64,000 bases of DNA, taken from contig OZ237765.1 in assembly GCA_965178125.1 (NCBI GenBank), forward strand, positions 682,001-746,000, read 5' to 3'. Shown here in pieces: positions 27,608 to 39,550 of the stretch (position 1 is its first letter; each line of letters begins with the position of its first letter). The DNA comes from Bilabrum cf. latius. Taxonomy: Eukaryota. The notes under the pieces were generated by a model. It worked only from the letters and a program-made list of their open reading frames with translations. It made no database searches and was not told the DNA's origin. A program made the translations under genes and the position numbers.

Positions 27608-27800
27608 GGGTAATGGTTGAGGTGGGATTGCGCGGTGGGGGCCTGCGACCGGTCGTTGCGACCGCGCGATTCAAGTTGTTGCCCGCGGGCTATCCCGGAA
27701 CCCGGACCTCCTGCGCAAAAGACTACTTTGTTTTCGCTCTACTTCTTCCCATTGGCAGACCTACTCACTAGTCCCGTACATCAGTAAATTGTGTAGTTGA

Positions 27801-30800
27801 ATGAATGTATTGTTATGCCTTATCTTTGCAGCAGCAGCTGTGGTGCTGGCTAGTCGCCCACTTGGCGGCATGGCAATTAGGTCGGCTCAATTTATCGATC
27901 CAAGGGGACAAATATCAAAGGCTAATGTGACCCATGCATGGTGGGGCGGGCAAAACTTGCAGTATGATCCATCCTATGCAACGCGTATAGCACGTGTACC
28001 TACCGAGCGAGACTCTATTCCGGTTGTGCTTGTCACTAGCACTCTTTAGATCAGGCAAGGATAGTTCGAGCTTCGTCTAGCGATGCTGCACTCTACAAAG
28101 GGAGAACTAGTGTGGATATCTTCGGTCATCGACCGATAGTCCAGGCGTAGATCTGCCCAGTGGATCCGCGGCCCTACATACGAGGCTAGCACGGCAACCG
28201 GCCTTCCGTGCTTCGCCAGAATCGTTTCGGCAGGGGCAGTAGCCGTCCATGTGTTCATCGTCAATGTGTGCAAAGCCATAGAACAATCGCAAGATGGTTA
28301 TCCCCCTCACGCTCGCGAGGGCCGCCCGGCGTCCGTCGTGTACCTGTCCTAGGTGATGAGCGACTGGACCGACAGGCAGACGATGCCGAGCGCCCCTGCC
28401 TTTCTAAATGACGGCCGCAACGTGGCCCCCGATGACCCTCACTACGTGTTAATTGCAGCGCATGGTATCATTTGGGACCACTCGTATCCTGTCAAGTCAT
28501 ATGCTCCGGCTCTGCTCAGCATCAACATGAGGGATGCTCGCCTGCACTACGTCCAGCCGTTGAACCAGGATCCAAATGCACTTATTGAGGGTGCATTGGC
28601 GCGGAGTAGCACTGATCCGTTCTGGGCCAGTCTCCCTCTGCTTGTGAAGGTTTCTGATTTCCGCTTGGTGCGTGTGTTTGCCGAGGGTGGCAAGCAGCAA
28701 GCCGCGAGCGTGCTGCTTGTGTCTCTGTCGCTTGTCGCGAGCCCGTTATCCAATGCACACATTATACCGCGTTCTACGCCTTTGGTTGCCGTCTTGGCAA
28801 TGTAGGGTTCGACCGGGCGCATGCTTGGCTCATGGGTCATGTCCTGCGAGGACCCTGGGTTGCCCTGCAACCGCACGTGGCTTGGGGTCAACACTCCCAC
28901 GCAGGACATGCCAGAGCTGCAATTCGAGCACCTGGGGGGCGATTCTGGCATTGAGTCCACGATGGAAGTCGTGCCAGTGGTAGAAGATGGGACAGAGGGC
29001 CGTGGGCAGTGCTCTGCCAGTGGGAGCGTTGTGGTGCCAGCGACCTACAGCCACATCACTGTCGCTGCCGAACGGAAGACAGGGGCCATAGCCATGCAGG
29101 GCAGGATCCTTCCAGGGGACGGACTGCTGACTGGACCCACTGGCGGCCGAGCGGAGGCTCTGAAGGGTCAGAGCAAAGCAGTCGGTGGGGCCTTCGATGC
29201 GGATTCCCCGTCCACACCAGCGATTGATCTACCTGATCGCGCGGCCAGTGGGGCTGGTAGCGTGAACGGCATCGCCAGACAGGACCGGTACATCTCGCTG
29301 GCTGGTGTGGTAGGCATGCGGCTGCAAGTGTCCATGGATGGGTGCAGCGACGATAGAAATCATGCGGTTAGCAGCTCAATGTCCGCTGCTGTCGGGCCAG
29401 TGTGGGGCACCGGCCTGCCTTCCACACGACTTTTGCTCCAAACTGTCCAGGGAGATCTTGTGCCAGGCGGGGCCGTGCTAGTGCAGGCAAAGGCTCCCAC
29501 CGCCGACTTGTCTATCTTAAAATATGACATGTCCTGGGAGGCGGAGGGACAGTACGGCTGCCTGATGCAGCTGATGGAGCTGGAGACTGGCCGGGTGCTC
29601 TGGGAGGATGCAGCGGCGTGTCTACTGCCCGTGAACTACAAAGCATCGTGGATGAGGACGCGAAATCATCAGGTGGGCGAGGTTGCCTTGCTGAAGTACC
29701 CCACGGGCTCTAGCAGCAGCAGCATCATCTCATCAGGGGTGAAGGCAGGGGCGATGGCAGCTCCAGGCTCCCTCCGCATGGATTATCGGTGGTGCATTGC
29801 CTCGATGCACTACAGCAGCATACCCGGCAGGGACATCATGGATACCAACTTCACTGCGCACCTGCTGCTTAGAGATCTCCTCACCGGCAGAGTGCTCAGG
29901 AATCAGCTCGTAGCATCGGTGGCTGGCATGCACCTGTCGCCTGGGGCAAGTTTTCCGTCACTGTTTGTCGGACCGGGCGTATCGAATGCAAGTGTGCACG
30001 GTGTGGTGGCAGAGACCGTGAACTGTACCTGCCTGACGTACGTGTGCAGCGCGATCAGGCACGACAGTGGGATGCTCGCCACGATCCGAGCGTGCGTCAG
30101 CAGCCGTGTCCACGATGGGTCTAGCCAGGGTGCCGCGGACGACCGGGGGAACATTCCGTGGTTTGACCTGGAACGCAGCTACCCAGCGTTGGCCGCCTAC
30201 CCCTCTCCAGGGTTTCTGCCGCGACCCACCGCGAGTCCGGGATCGATTCCGGCTGCGTCGGCATCGCCCTCCCCCGGTGGTGCTGGTCCGGGTCACTCTG
30301 GCACTGGCTCGGGCGGGTCTGGCGGTGTCCCGCATCAGGGCATGTACGGAGGCATGGCGTTTCTCGGGTGTGCGTGCGCGGTTGGGCTTGCCGTAGTGCT
30401 CGCTCGATGGCGGGGGGCATGGGGTGGTGGTGAATCTGCGGGTGGCTACAGGCGCGTTGAAGAGGACGAGGACGGATCGAACGAGGGTGTGCTCGGAGGG
30501 AGAAGGGAGAGAGGGGAGGCAGTGCTTGAGAAGATCGCGGATCCGGAGTCGCAATTCGAATCCATCGAGATGTCGGATGCGGTTGCAAACACTGGGAGGA
30601 AGGGATCCGCTGGTGCCAGTGGCTGGGGCACCTCCTCCAGCGGCGGCAGCGGTGGCGTGCCCGGTTCATCCCAGCCAATGCTGCTGGTGGCCGAAGATGG
30701 TTCGCCGCGGGTTCGCCGCCGATCCTCAGGGGAGCCCGACGATGAGTACGAGCACGCTGAACACGGATCTGCCTCCGGCGGCATCATCATGGGCGGAATG

Positions 30801-30911
30801 CTCGGAGCCGCCGAAGTCTGCCATACCGCCGTTGAACCGATAGAAGATACAGCGGAGCAGGGCGGGCGCGGCGCCATGGTACCACACGCGCGAGTCGGGG
30901 CAGAAGTATGA
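27801..30911 (+). CDS. Type I membrane protein, tandem paralog 4 of 4
   Basis: Signal peptide MNVLLCLIFAAAAVVLA; 5 in-frame TAGs. Motifs GQYGCLMQLMELETGRVLWEDAAAC, HLLLRDLLTGRVLRN and YPALAAYPSPGF; TM GMAFLGCACAVGLAVVLA. Ends in TGA. Confidence 0.78.
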
Positions 30912-31227
30912 TGCGTGATTGATCATGCTCTGGACGGTGCGTGGCATTCAACGTTTGTGAAATGTTAGTTGGCGTTGCATGAACAGGACGAGTGCGTGAA
31001 GGTGCGGGAGGGGGCAATGGAGTGAGTCACGTGTACCTGTGTTGGTCCGGTGAGGCGCGTGCCACTGCCGCGCGGGGCAAAGGTTGGCCATAGGCGCCAA
31101 AAGGAAAAACTGCTGTTCACTACCGAAGGTTCGCTGTGAGCAAAACGCAAATCCAAGATGTTTGCCCGTCACTCGTTTCCAGGAGGTCAAGGAACAATGA
31201 GGTATACGCGATAACTAGTTGCTTAAG

Positions 31228-33171
31228 ATGCGAACCACGTCGACGATGACGCGAGGTTTGGTACGTTCCGGTCTGTTGTTCCAGCGTAGCCTGGCGCGAT
31301 GGAGTTTCTCTCTTTAGGCACAGCGCCTCTGTGATAAAATGCGCTCGACGGAATTTGTACATGATCATTGCAAGCGTACTTTGTCTGCTGCAGCCCCTCC
31401 TGGAAGTCGTCTAGCCCGGCTTCGGGAAGCATTGAACTCTGAGGAAGGGCACGCGATCACTTCCACCTACCTGAAAAAGCCGAACGTGAGGTCTTAGCCC
31501 GATAGGAAGCACGATACGGAAACAAATGACGCGCTTTTAGGTGCAGAGGGGCGATCCGGAGTGCTTCGGTGGTGGCCGAACCACCTGCCGCTCCCCTCCG
31601 ATCGCGACCTCGCCGCATCAGCCGCCCAGGTGGAGCGCATCCTCGAAACCAGCCGCGTCCAGGATGGCGCATAGCATCTCACGTCTCAACCTACCGCGCT
31701 GACCGACCGATGGGGCCGCCAGCACGACTATCTGCGCATGTCTCTCACCGAGCGGTGCTCCCTCCGCTGCGTGTACTGCATGCCCCCCGAGGGCGTGGCT
31801 CTCACTCCCGAGGAGCACCTGGCCAGCGATGACGAATTGGTCGCAATGGCGGGGGCACTCGCCGCCGGTGCGGGCGTCTCCAAGATCCGTCTCACGGGCG
31901 GAGAGCCGTTCGTGAGGCCTGGCGCGGACCGCCTGGTCGAGCGGCTGGCTGCGCTGCCGGGGATCAGGTCAGTCGCCGCCACGTCCAACGCGATCGCGCT
32001 GAGCCCCAGGCGGCTGGCGAGGCTCAGCAGGGCCGGTCTGTAGGCGCTCAACATCTCCCTGGATACCGTGGACAGGCTGCTCTTCCAGCAGGTGGCGAGG
32101 AGGGATGCGCTGCCTGCCGTGCTGAGGGCCGTCGATGCAGCTGCAGGGCTTGCCGAGGCGGTCCGGCTGCGTGACGAGTGCGATTCGTCGATTGGCTAGG
32201 CCGGGAGTGGCCAGGACCCGACGGTGGAGTGGGGGCGATTGCACGGGGTGGTTACAACCGACGGGAAGGGTGCTAGGGCGGCAGGCAGCGAGAGTGATCC
32301 AGGCCAGGGCCAGGGCCAGGGCCAGGGCCAGGGCCAGGGCCAGGGCGAGGGCCAGGGTGAAGGCGAGGGCGAGGGCGAGGGCGAGTGTGGGGTGGACGAC
32401 AGACGTACAGGTGGGAAGCACAGCCTGCGCTCGGTGAAGGTCAACTGCGTCGTGATCCGAGGCATGAACAGCGATCCGGGGCAGCTCGCAGCCGTGGCCC
32501 GACTCGCTGAGGAACGTTCGCTGGACGTTCGGTTCATCGAGTGCATGCCGTTCGAGGGAAACGGATGGCGGCGGGACTCGCTGGTGGGGCAGGAAGAGAT
32601 CCTGGCGGGACTCAGGGAACAACTGCCGGGGCTGGAGCTGGACAGGCACAGGCACGCTGCGCATGGAGCCCAGGACAGGGGCGGCGATAAAGCGACATCA
32701 TTGCCGGGACCAGAGGACGGGCAGCGCGGCAGCACTGTACCGCCCATGGCCCTCGACCCGCCGCACCATCGTCTGCCGCCGCTCCCGCTGGGCAGCGACA
32801 CCTCCCGGCAGTGGAGGGTGCCCGGGTGGAAGGGCACCGTCGGTGTTGTGGCCTCCATGACCCGGCCCTTCTGCGGCGGTTGCAACCGGTTGAGGCTGAC
32901 GTCAGAGGGGCGGCTAAAGACGTGCCTGTTCGGGTCGGAGCAGGAGGAAGTGGGCTTGCTGCGGGCCTTGCGAGGGGGTGCGAAGGAGGCGGAGCTGGCA
33001 CAGCTGGCCGCACTGGCGCTGGGGAGGAAGCATCGACAGCTGGGCGGACACGCGAGTCCTGACGAGATCAGCCGTGCGGCGGTGGAATCGTCATCTGCGA
33101 GTGGCAGCAGCCGAGAGTCAGGCGGGGAGGGCGCGAGGACTAGCCGACCCATGATCCTGATCGGGGGATGA
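31228..33171 (+). CDS. MOCS1A: GTP 3',8-cyclase (MoaA/MOCS1A/Cnx2), radical SAM enzyme of molybdenum cofactor synthesis, with probable mitochondrial presequence
   Basis: Motifs LTDRWGRQHDYLRMSLTERCSLRCVYCMP (CxxxCxxC), KIRLTGGEP, AGL(TAG)ALNISLDT, VKVNCVV, VRFIECMPF, FCGGCNRLRLT..KTCL and C-terminal RPMILIGG-TGA. Arg/Ser/Leu-rich N-terminus. 5 in-frame TAGs. Confidence 0.93.
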
Positions 33172-33308
33172 TGGCAGATCAGCATGATCCGATGCGTATA
33201 GATGTCTATGGATATGAATTTGACCTAAAATGGATAATTGACCTAATCTTCTGACAATTTACGTAACGCGTGGCCCTACCCCGGCTCGCTGGCTGGCGAA
33301 TACAGACC

Positions 33309-35084
33309 TCAATCTGAACCCCCTCGAGCGCACCTGCACCCTCCAGCCGCCAGCTTGTTCACCAAGTCGACCATCGTATCGCTGGGCCGAGCCTCGCCCG
33401 CCTGCTCCTCCAGCACTTTCACGCACTCCCAATGGCCAAACACAGCCGCGGCTTCAATTGGGGCCATGGGGCCCAGGCCCCTGAAGCTGCTGGTGCGTCG
33501 GACGCCGCCTGCCAGTTTGCCCAGCCTCAGTCGCTTGGCCAGCTCCATGGGCCTGCCCTCGCTCGCCGCCTTGAATACTCTCCCTGCGTCCCTGTGCGCC
33601 TCATGTGCCCGCCTGAATGCAAGCAAATCGTGCTTCCTGAGCGCCGCTCTGGAGCCCAGCAGCCCGGGCACTCGTTTCGGCAGCTTGGTGCCGGTGCAGC
33701 GCCTGGTCCTGCCCGCGTGCACCAACAGGTCCACTACGCCTGTCCTGGCTAGAGCTCTGCAGGTGCCGATTGCTCTGCGAAACAGATCTGCCTCACATCT
33801 TAGTTCGCCTACTCTGATGTAGATTTGTCCCAGATCTGTGATCCAGTTGGCCATCCCGCATAGCAACCAGATATCGGAGTCCACCAGGGCCCGTGACAAG
33901 CCGTCTAGCCTAGATTGCACTAAAGCTTTATGCGCTGATGTATTTTTCACGGTCAATGCTAAATCATACTGCGGAACAATGATGCCAGGCTCTCCTTCCC
34001 ATGCGCCGCCAATATAGGTGCACATTGGCGGCAGACCCAAGGGCTGGAGCAGGCTCTGCATAGCTGCAGCGAGCGATGCGGCCTCGTTCTCTAGCAGCAG
34101 TGGGAGCTCTAGAGGCTCTGTCAGGCAATCATAGTTGCTGGTGAAGTGCCGCACGACAGCGAAGTGGTGGGCCACCTGCACGGCTGCCCGGGATCTCTTG
34201 AGGAACTGGTGGGCGTTCTTGGTTGCCATACCGCATGTCACCATGGTGCGCTCATCGAAATGGCTGGTACTGGATCCAATTTTGGTGGTTATAAGCATGG
34301 GATGGCAGCTCAGGATCCTCCACAGCAACAGATGCTCTGTTACAGCCGACGTAGAAGCCATTGCCGCCTGGGGCCTCCGCTGAAGTCCCCATATCGTCAC
34401 CTCCTCCAACGCGCAGTTGTCAACGAGCTTCAACAGCACCTTCTGCACGGTATCATCGCACGCTTCAGCTGTTCCGCCGGTGTGAAGCTAGCGCAGGCAG
34501 CAGTTGGCCTGAATCAGCTCGAAGAAGGACACCATCGCTCCTACGGAGTTGAACATCGGACGGCCGGCTAAGCTACTAGGGCTGACTACCTTCCCAAAAT
34601 TGAACTGCGGCAAGTAGGCCTGCCCTGATACAACCGAAAAGTGCAGTAGCGTATCGTTTTCTGCCAATGCCTTTCCTAGCTGCATCCAACCGAAAGGCAT
34701 CTGTGGTCCATCCAGCTCCAAGCCATTTTCCACGAGAACTTGAAGGCTCGTCAGACTCGGAGCTTCTCTAATTAGATATGCTAATTCGCTGCATACCTTC
34801 GGGTCGCTTGTGATCGATATTTGAAGGGTCCTCAGGTTTGGCATAGTTTCCGCGAAATGATAGAACCAACACTCGCAGCCGCTCAAGTCCAGCTGCAACT
34901 TGCAGCAGAAATGCTCGAGAGGCGAGTCAATGCACAACACTTTCATCAAATTATCGAAGCAGTCTTCGTCGTACTCGCGTGCCTCCTCAATGACGACCGT
35001 ATCAATGTGGCGAGAACAATGGATTGTGTCAATTGCTTCATTCGTTCGCTCCAGGTTCTGAATCACTCCTGAACCAATGATCAT
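33309..35084 (-). CDS. Protein with RNI/LRR-like N-terminal part and C-terminal ankyrin-like module (paralog of 43494-44881)
   Basis: ORFs 34488-35084 and 33309-34448 are in frame across a TAG at 34488; ends in TGA. LRR-like LAYLIREAPSLTSLQV and LGKALAENDTLLHF; ankyrin-like APIEAAAVFGHWECVKVL. Confidence 0.6.
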
Positions 35085-35350
35085 CGTTCTAGAGGTATTG
35101 ATGATGACTCCTATTTTGGTTTATTTTTCAAATAATGGCCGTGTAGGGCGATTGAATAGTGCAGCAACTTGAAGACGATTCTTGCAGCAATGCAGTGCAG
35201 CCGAAAGCAAGTGCTCCACAACAATCATCAGTCGAGTTTACTGCTAGAGGACGGCGTAAAACAAGCTCCTTGGATGTGAATACCATGCAGCCTGTCAAAT
35301 ACTCAGATACGATGCCTAACTCCAGTACGATAGACTCTACTCAACAATTT

Positions 35351-38293
35351 TCACTCTTCCATGCCTTGCTATCCAGAGGCCCCGGCGCCCGACCCACCAT
35401 GGTCGCCTTCAAACATTTGCTAACTGAGCATCAGAGCCGCTTGCAAGTCAGCATCCACGTCGGCCTAGCCCTGCCCAATACTGGCCGCCATTGCCGCCTG
35501 CAGCTCCGGATCCCCCTGCGCCCCGCCTCCAGTTGCAGTGCTCGCAGCGAGCGCGGCCTGAAGCATCGCATCCGAGGCGTCACCCTGCCCTCCAACGCCC
35601 ATGCCCACGCCCCCTGCGGCCTCCCTGCTCGCGGCCAGAGCCGCCTGCAGCATGGCATCTTCCTCGTCCTAGCCCCCTGCCATGGCCGCACCCGCCCCCA
35701 TAGCCACCTACCCGCTCCCACCGCGGCCCCCCGCAGCAGCTGCCTGACTGGCTGCAAGGGCCGCCGCCAGCTCCTCCTCCTCCCTTTTCTGCGCGTCTAG
35801 CCGCGTCTGCTCAAGCAGCGCCGCCTGCGTCGCCTCCATGTCGCTCTGCTGGCGCACCCGATCCACCACTGAGCTCTCCAGCGTCGAGCCAGACCCCGCC
35901 CCCGCCGCGTCACAATCCACCGCACCAGTCCCCGCACCGGTGCCATCTGCCTGTGCCCCATGCCCAGGCCCAGCCGCATCCCCCAGCGAGGCCCTGATCG
36001 CCGCCTCAAGCGCGGCCTCGGATGCGCCGCTGCCGTCCCCGAACGCGGCCCCCTGCAGGTCGACCACCCCCGCCCCTTGTTCCCTCCCGTACGACTGCAG
36101 ACTCATGGCCAGCGCCAGTTCAAGCCCCTGACCCCGCTCGAAAGTCTCCCTGCTGGCCTGCAGCGCGATTCTCATGGCCTCGTCACCCGCCGTGGATCCC
36201 CCAGCGGCCCGCCTGGCTCCCATCCTGGCGACCTGCCGGATCATGGCGTCCTCTCTCTCGCCGGGGACGGTCCGAAGGTGACCCGCGGCCCAGTCCGATC
36301 CACGGATGGAGTCATAGTGACCCCCACCGAAGTAGCTCAGCCGGATCGGGACGTTTCTCGCAGGAACAGGGGCTGGAGCGGGTGCCGGGGCACCGCTTGC
36401 ACTACCACCTCCAGCCCCAGCACCAGCCCCAGCCCCAGCCCCAGCACCAGCACCCTCCGCCGGTCGCACGTCGGCATTGGGCCCCACGTCGGCATTGGGT
36501 CCACTCACGGCTGCAGCTGTCCCCGACCCGCCCGTGTCACCTGCCCGTCCGCTGGCCCCCTGTGATCCTGCCGCAGCTGCCGTTCCTCCGCTGGCCCCCT
36601 GTGATCCTGCCGCAGCTGCCGTCCCTCCGCTGGCACCAGCACCGGCACCAGCAGAATCCACCGTCGATACCACATGCTGCACAGCCTGCACGGCCGACGC
36701 GGACTCGTGGAAGGTCCGTGCGATCGTGGCGCCCTCCCTCTCGCTGTAGATGAACACCTCCGCGGATCGCCCGTACAGCTCGCACATGGCCTGCACCTCC
36801 GGGTCGTCCCCCCACGTCCCGTCCTTGGCCATCTCGTCCAGGTACGCGTCGATGCCCCCCTCATCGTCAGCGATGAACTCCGCAAACCACTCCCTCTAGC
36901 TCCGCATGTAGGCCACGCAGCGGGCACGCACCACCCCCTGCAGATCCTGGTCCCCGTACACCTGGTCCGCCACAGACCGGAACAAGCAGTTGCCGTCCCC
37001 CTCCATGGAGTAGAGCCCCAGCCCCCGTCGGTCCAGAGCCCGGATGAAGCGCATCCCCTGCTCCGATCCACTCGTCACACGGCGGTCGTCCTTCCTCCTG
37101 GCTCGAGCCCCGTCCATGGGCGGCTGCGGCTGTCGCTGCTGGTCGCCCGCCCCGATCTCGAGGAGGGCACCCCGGGGCGCGTCGGCGGCGTTCCGCAGCC
37201 CCATGGTGGGTGGCCTGAGGCTGTCCATGAGTCCCATCTCGCGCTGCATGCGGCGGGTGGGCCTGAATCCCTGTGCCTGCTTGCTGTACGCGCCGAACGG
37301 CTCTATCCTGGTGGACCCCACAGGCACCCACTCGTCATATTCTGCCTTGAAGCCTCTATAGTGCACCTTGATTTCGCCCGGCCTAGTCGCGACCACCTCC
37401 GCGGCTAGGTAGCACCTCTTGGTCGGATACTCGTCAAACACATCCACCCACGATTTCTTCTTGATCACGTGCCTGTTGTGACCCAGGAAGACGTGCGTGC
37501 CGGGGGGCGCCAGCCGGTTCGAGTCGATTGGGACCCACTCATCGAACTTGGCAGAGCTCCAGTAGGTGAAGTGCACCAGCACACGGCGGTTTTCCATGTC
37601 CACGAAGCGGATCATGCCCTGATGCCAGCAGCCGAACTTGTCCAGAACGTCTCTCCGGATCGGATTCGCGGGAAAGAACCTCCGCCGGCGGGCAGGCACC
37701 CCGCCCGAGGCATTCTCGCCGCCAGCTGCTGCCCCGTCCTCACCTTCGGGTGCGTCATCGTCGGCATCGCGCTTGCCCTCATTGTCCACGCCGCTTGGCC
37801 CACTATCTGCCGTACTATCACCAGCAGAGGCGGCGGCACTCGCTCTCACGGCGCCGTTCGCGTTCGCGTTCGCGTTCGCTGGCTGAGACTACTACCTGTT
37901 CGCAGGGGCCGTACCAACCGAGTTGCTCGTAACAGAGCCTCCCTATGCATTGCCACGTGCTTGCTGCAACGCCTAGGAACCGCCGGCGGGCTGGTTTTCT
38001 TGCATGTCGCCTGCGCCGGCGCTTCCTGTTGCGGAAGGCCAAGTGGCATCGCCAACCGCAGGGCCAGGGCCACCGGCACCAGCCGCAGCACCTGCAGCAA
38101 CCACAGGCGGTATGACTTCATGTGATTCAGACTCTGCACTTCCCACAGAGTCTCCATCATCGTGCATCGGGGCACTGCCCGCACTGTCCATTCCAGTCCC
38201 ACTCAATTCGTCGTTCAAGTCATCCTACCGTCTCGGCGGCGTTGCGTTGGGATCCAAGCCATAATCACCCAACGGATAGCCGTTCTCATCCAT
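35351..38293 (-). CDS. OTU-family deubiquitinase with two N-terminal Tudor/chromo-barrel-like repeats and multiple C-terminal UIMs (about 980 aa)
   Basis: ATG at 38293 to TGA at 35351 with 11 TAGs. Cys box MEGDGNCLFRSVADQVYG, WGDDPEVQAMCELY and His box SYFGGGHYDS. Repeats VLVHFTYWSSAKFDEWVP and IKVHYRGFKAEYDEWVP. UIMs EEEELAAALAAS, DAMLQAALAAS and DADLQAALMLS. Confidence 0.88.
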
Positions 38294-38474
38294 CACTTGG
38301 TAACGTTTGTATTGGTGGCCTCGGCTTGCGTGCTGTTCTCGTCGTGTTTTGGTTGGCGCCGCGCATCATTTGTGCGGAACTTTGAACCAACCCCGAATCG
38401 AAATCCAAGATCGACGGTTGTGCAACAAGCGCGATTCTGTCGCAGCTGCCGGTTATTTAGCGCTGAGTTTAGCG

Positions 38475-39518
38475 ATGCACATAGTTAATCGACTAAGAGG
38501 TCGAGTTCAGGGAGTCAGGTCTACAGAACGTTAGTGCGATTTGAATCAGCGCCCTGAGTAGTGATTGCAGGTGGGCATGATTTGTTCCAATCTCTTTCTA
38601 TTAATTGGTTTCATCCCTCTATTTGCGTCGTAGGATATTTTGGCGAGCCAGAGTTCATGCAGACCCGGGCAGACGAATGCCTGCTGCTGCCAGCATCCAC
38701 CTCTGGACCGGACGTCGCCATGGCGTGCCAGTTTTGCCCTGACCGGAGCAAGGCTGGACTGGCCGCGATCACGACAGCGAACGGAAGTCTTCTGGTTGTG
38801 CAATCGAATGCTACACGTGGCATTGCAGTGCAATTGCGAGCTACTCTCCAGGCCGGAGACGCCTCCAGGGCCTGCTGTTTCGTCCCCGGTTCGTGCGGCG
38901 CTTTGGTTGCTGCTGCAGCCGGGCGAGCTGCAGTCTTGGTCGATCTCGAGCGCAAGGTCGTAGCGCAGACGTTTTCAGTGTCGGGGTGCAGGCCGCGGTC
39001 CATGTGCATCAGGCCGGATCAGCCGAGCGTGCTGCACGTGGCGAGCAGCACTGGCGGGCTGGACACCTTCGACTGCAGGGTGCAGCCCGCACGAGGCACG
39101 CCTAGCAGCAGCAGCAGCAGCAGCAGCAGTGTGCCCAGCAGCAACGTCAATGGTATCGCTGCAGCCGCGCCCCCCAGCGTTGGCCCGGTCAGGACGATCA
39201 CTGGCCTGCACGCCGGCATCGAGAGTGGGTCCGCTGTCAGTGTGACGAGTGCTAGGGCAGCGCACCGGCGTAGAGCGAGGCTGCAGTACTAGCAGCATCC
39301 GCAGCAGCAGCAATAGCATCAGCCACTAGCTACAGCCACGGATTCGATGGGTGGCTCGCCGGTCCACGCCGGGGTGGGCCTAGTGAATGCAGGCTGCGAT
39401 TCGGATCCACGCTCGCCGCGACGCCGCACTCGTCACACACCAACGGCGCTTTCTCCCCACAGGGCGAGAGCAGCTGCCAGGCTTGCTTCCCTTGCCCCTG
39501 CCCGTGGCCAGACCTGCA

Positions 39519-39550
<32 letters not shown>

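Noticed and set aside
36548-36632. 39-nt direct repeat as a CRISPR-like or mobile feature
   Set aside because: It is an adjacent in-frame duplication encoding GASGGTAAAAGSQ inside the OTU gene, with no spacers or cas genes.
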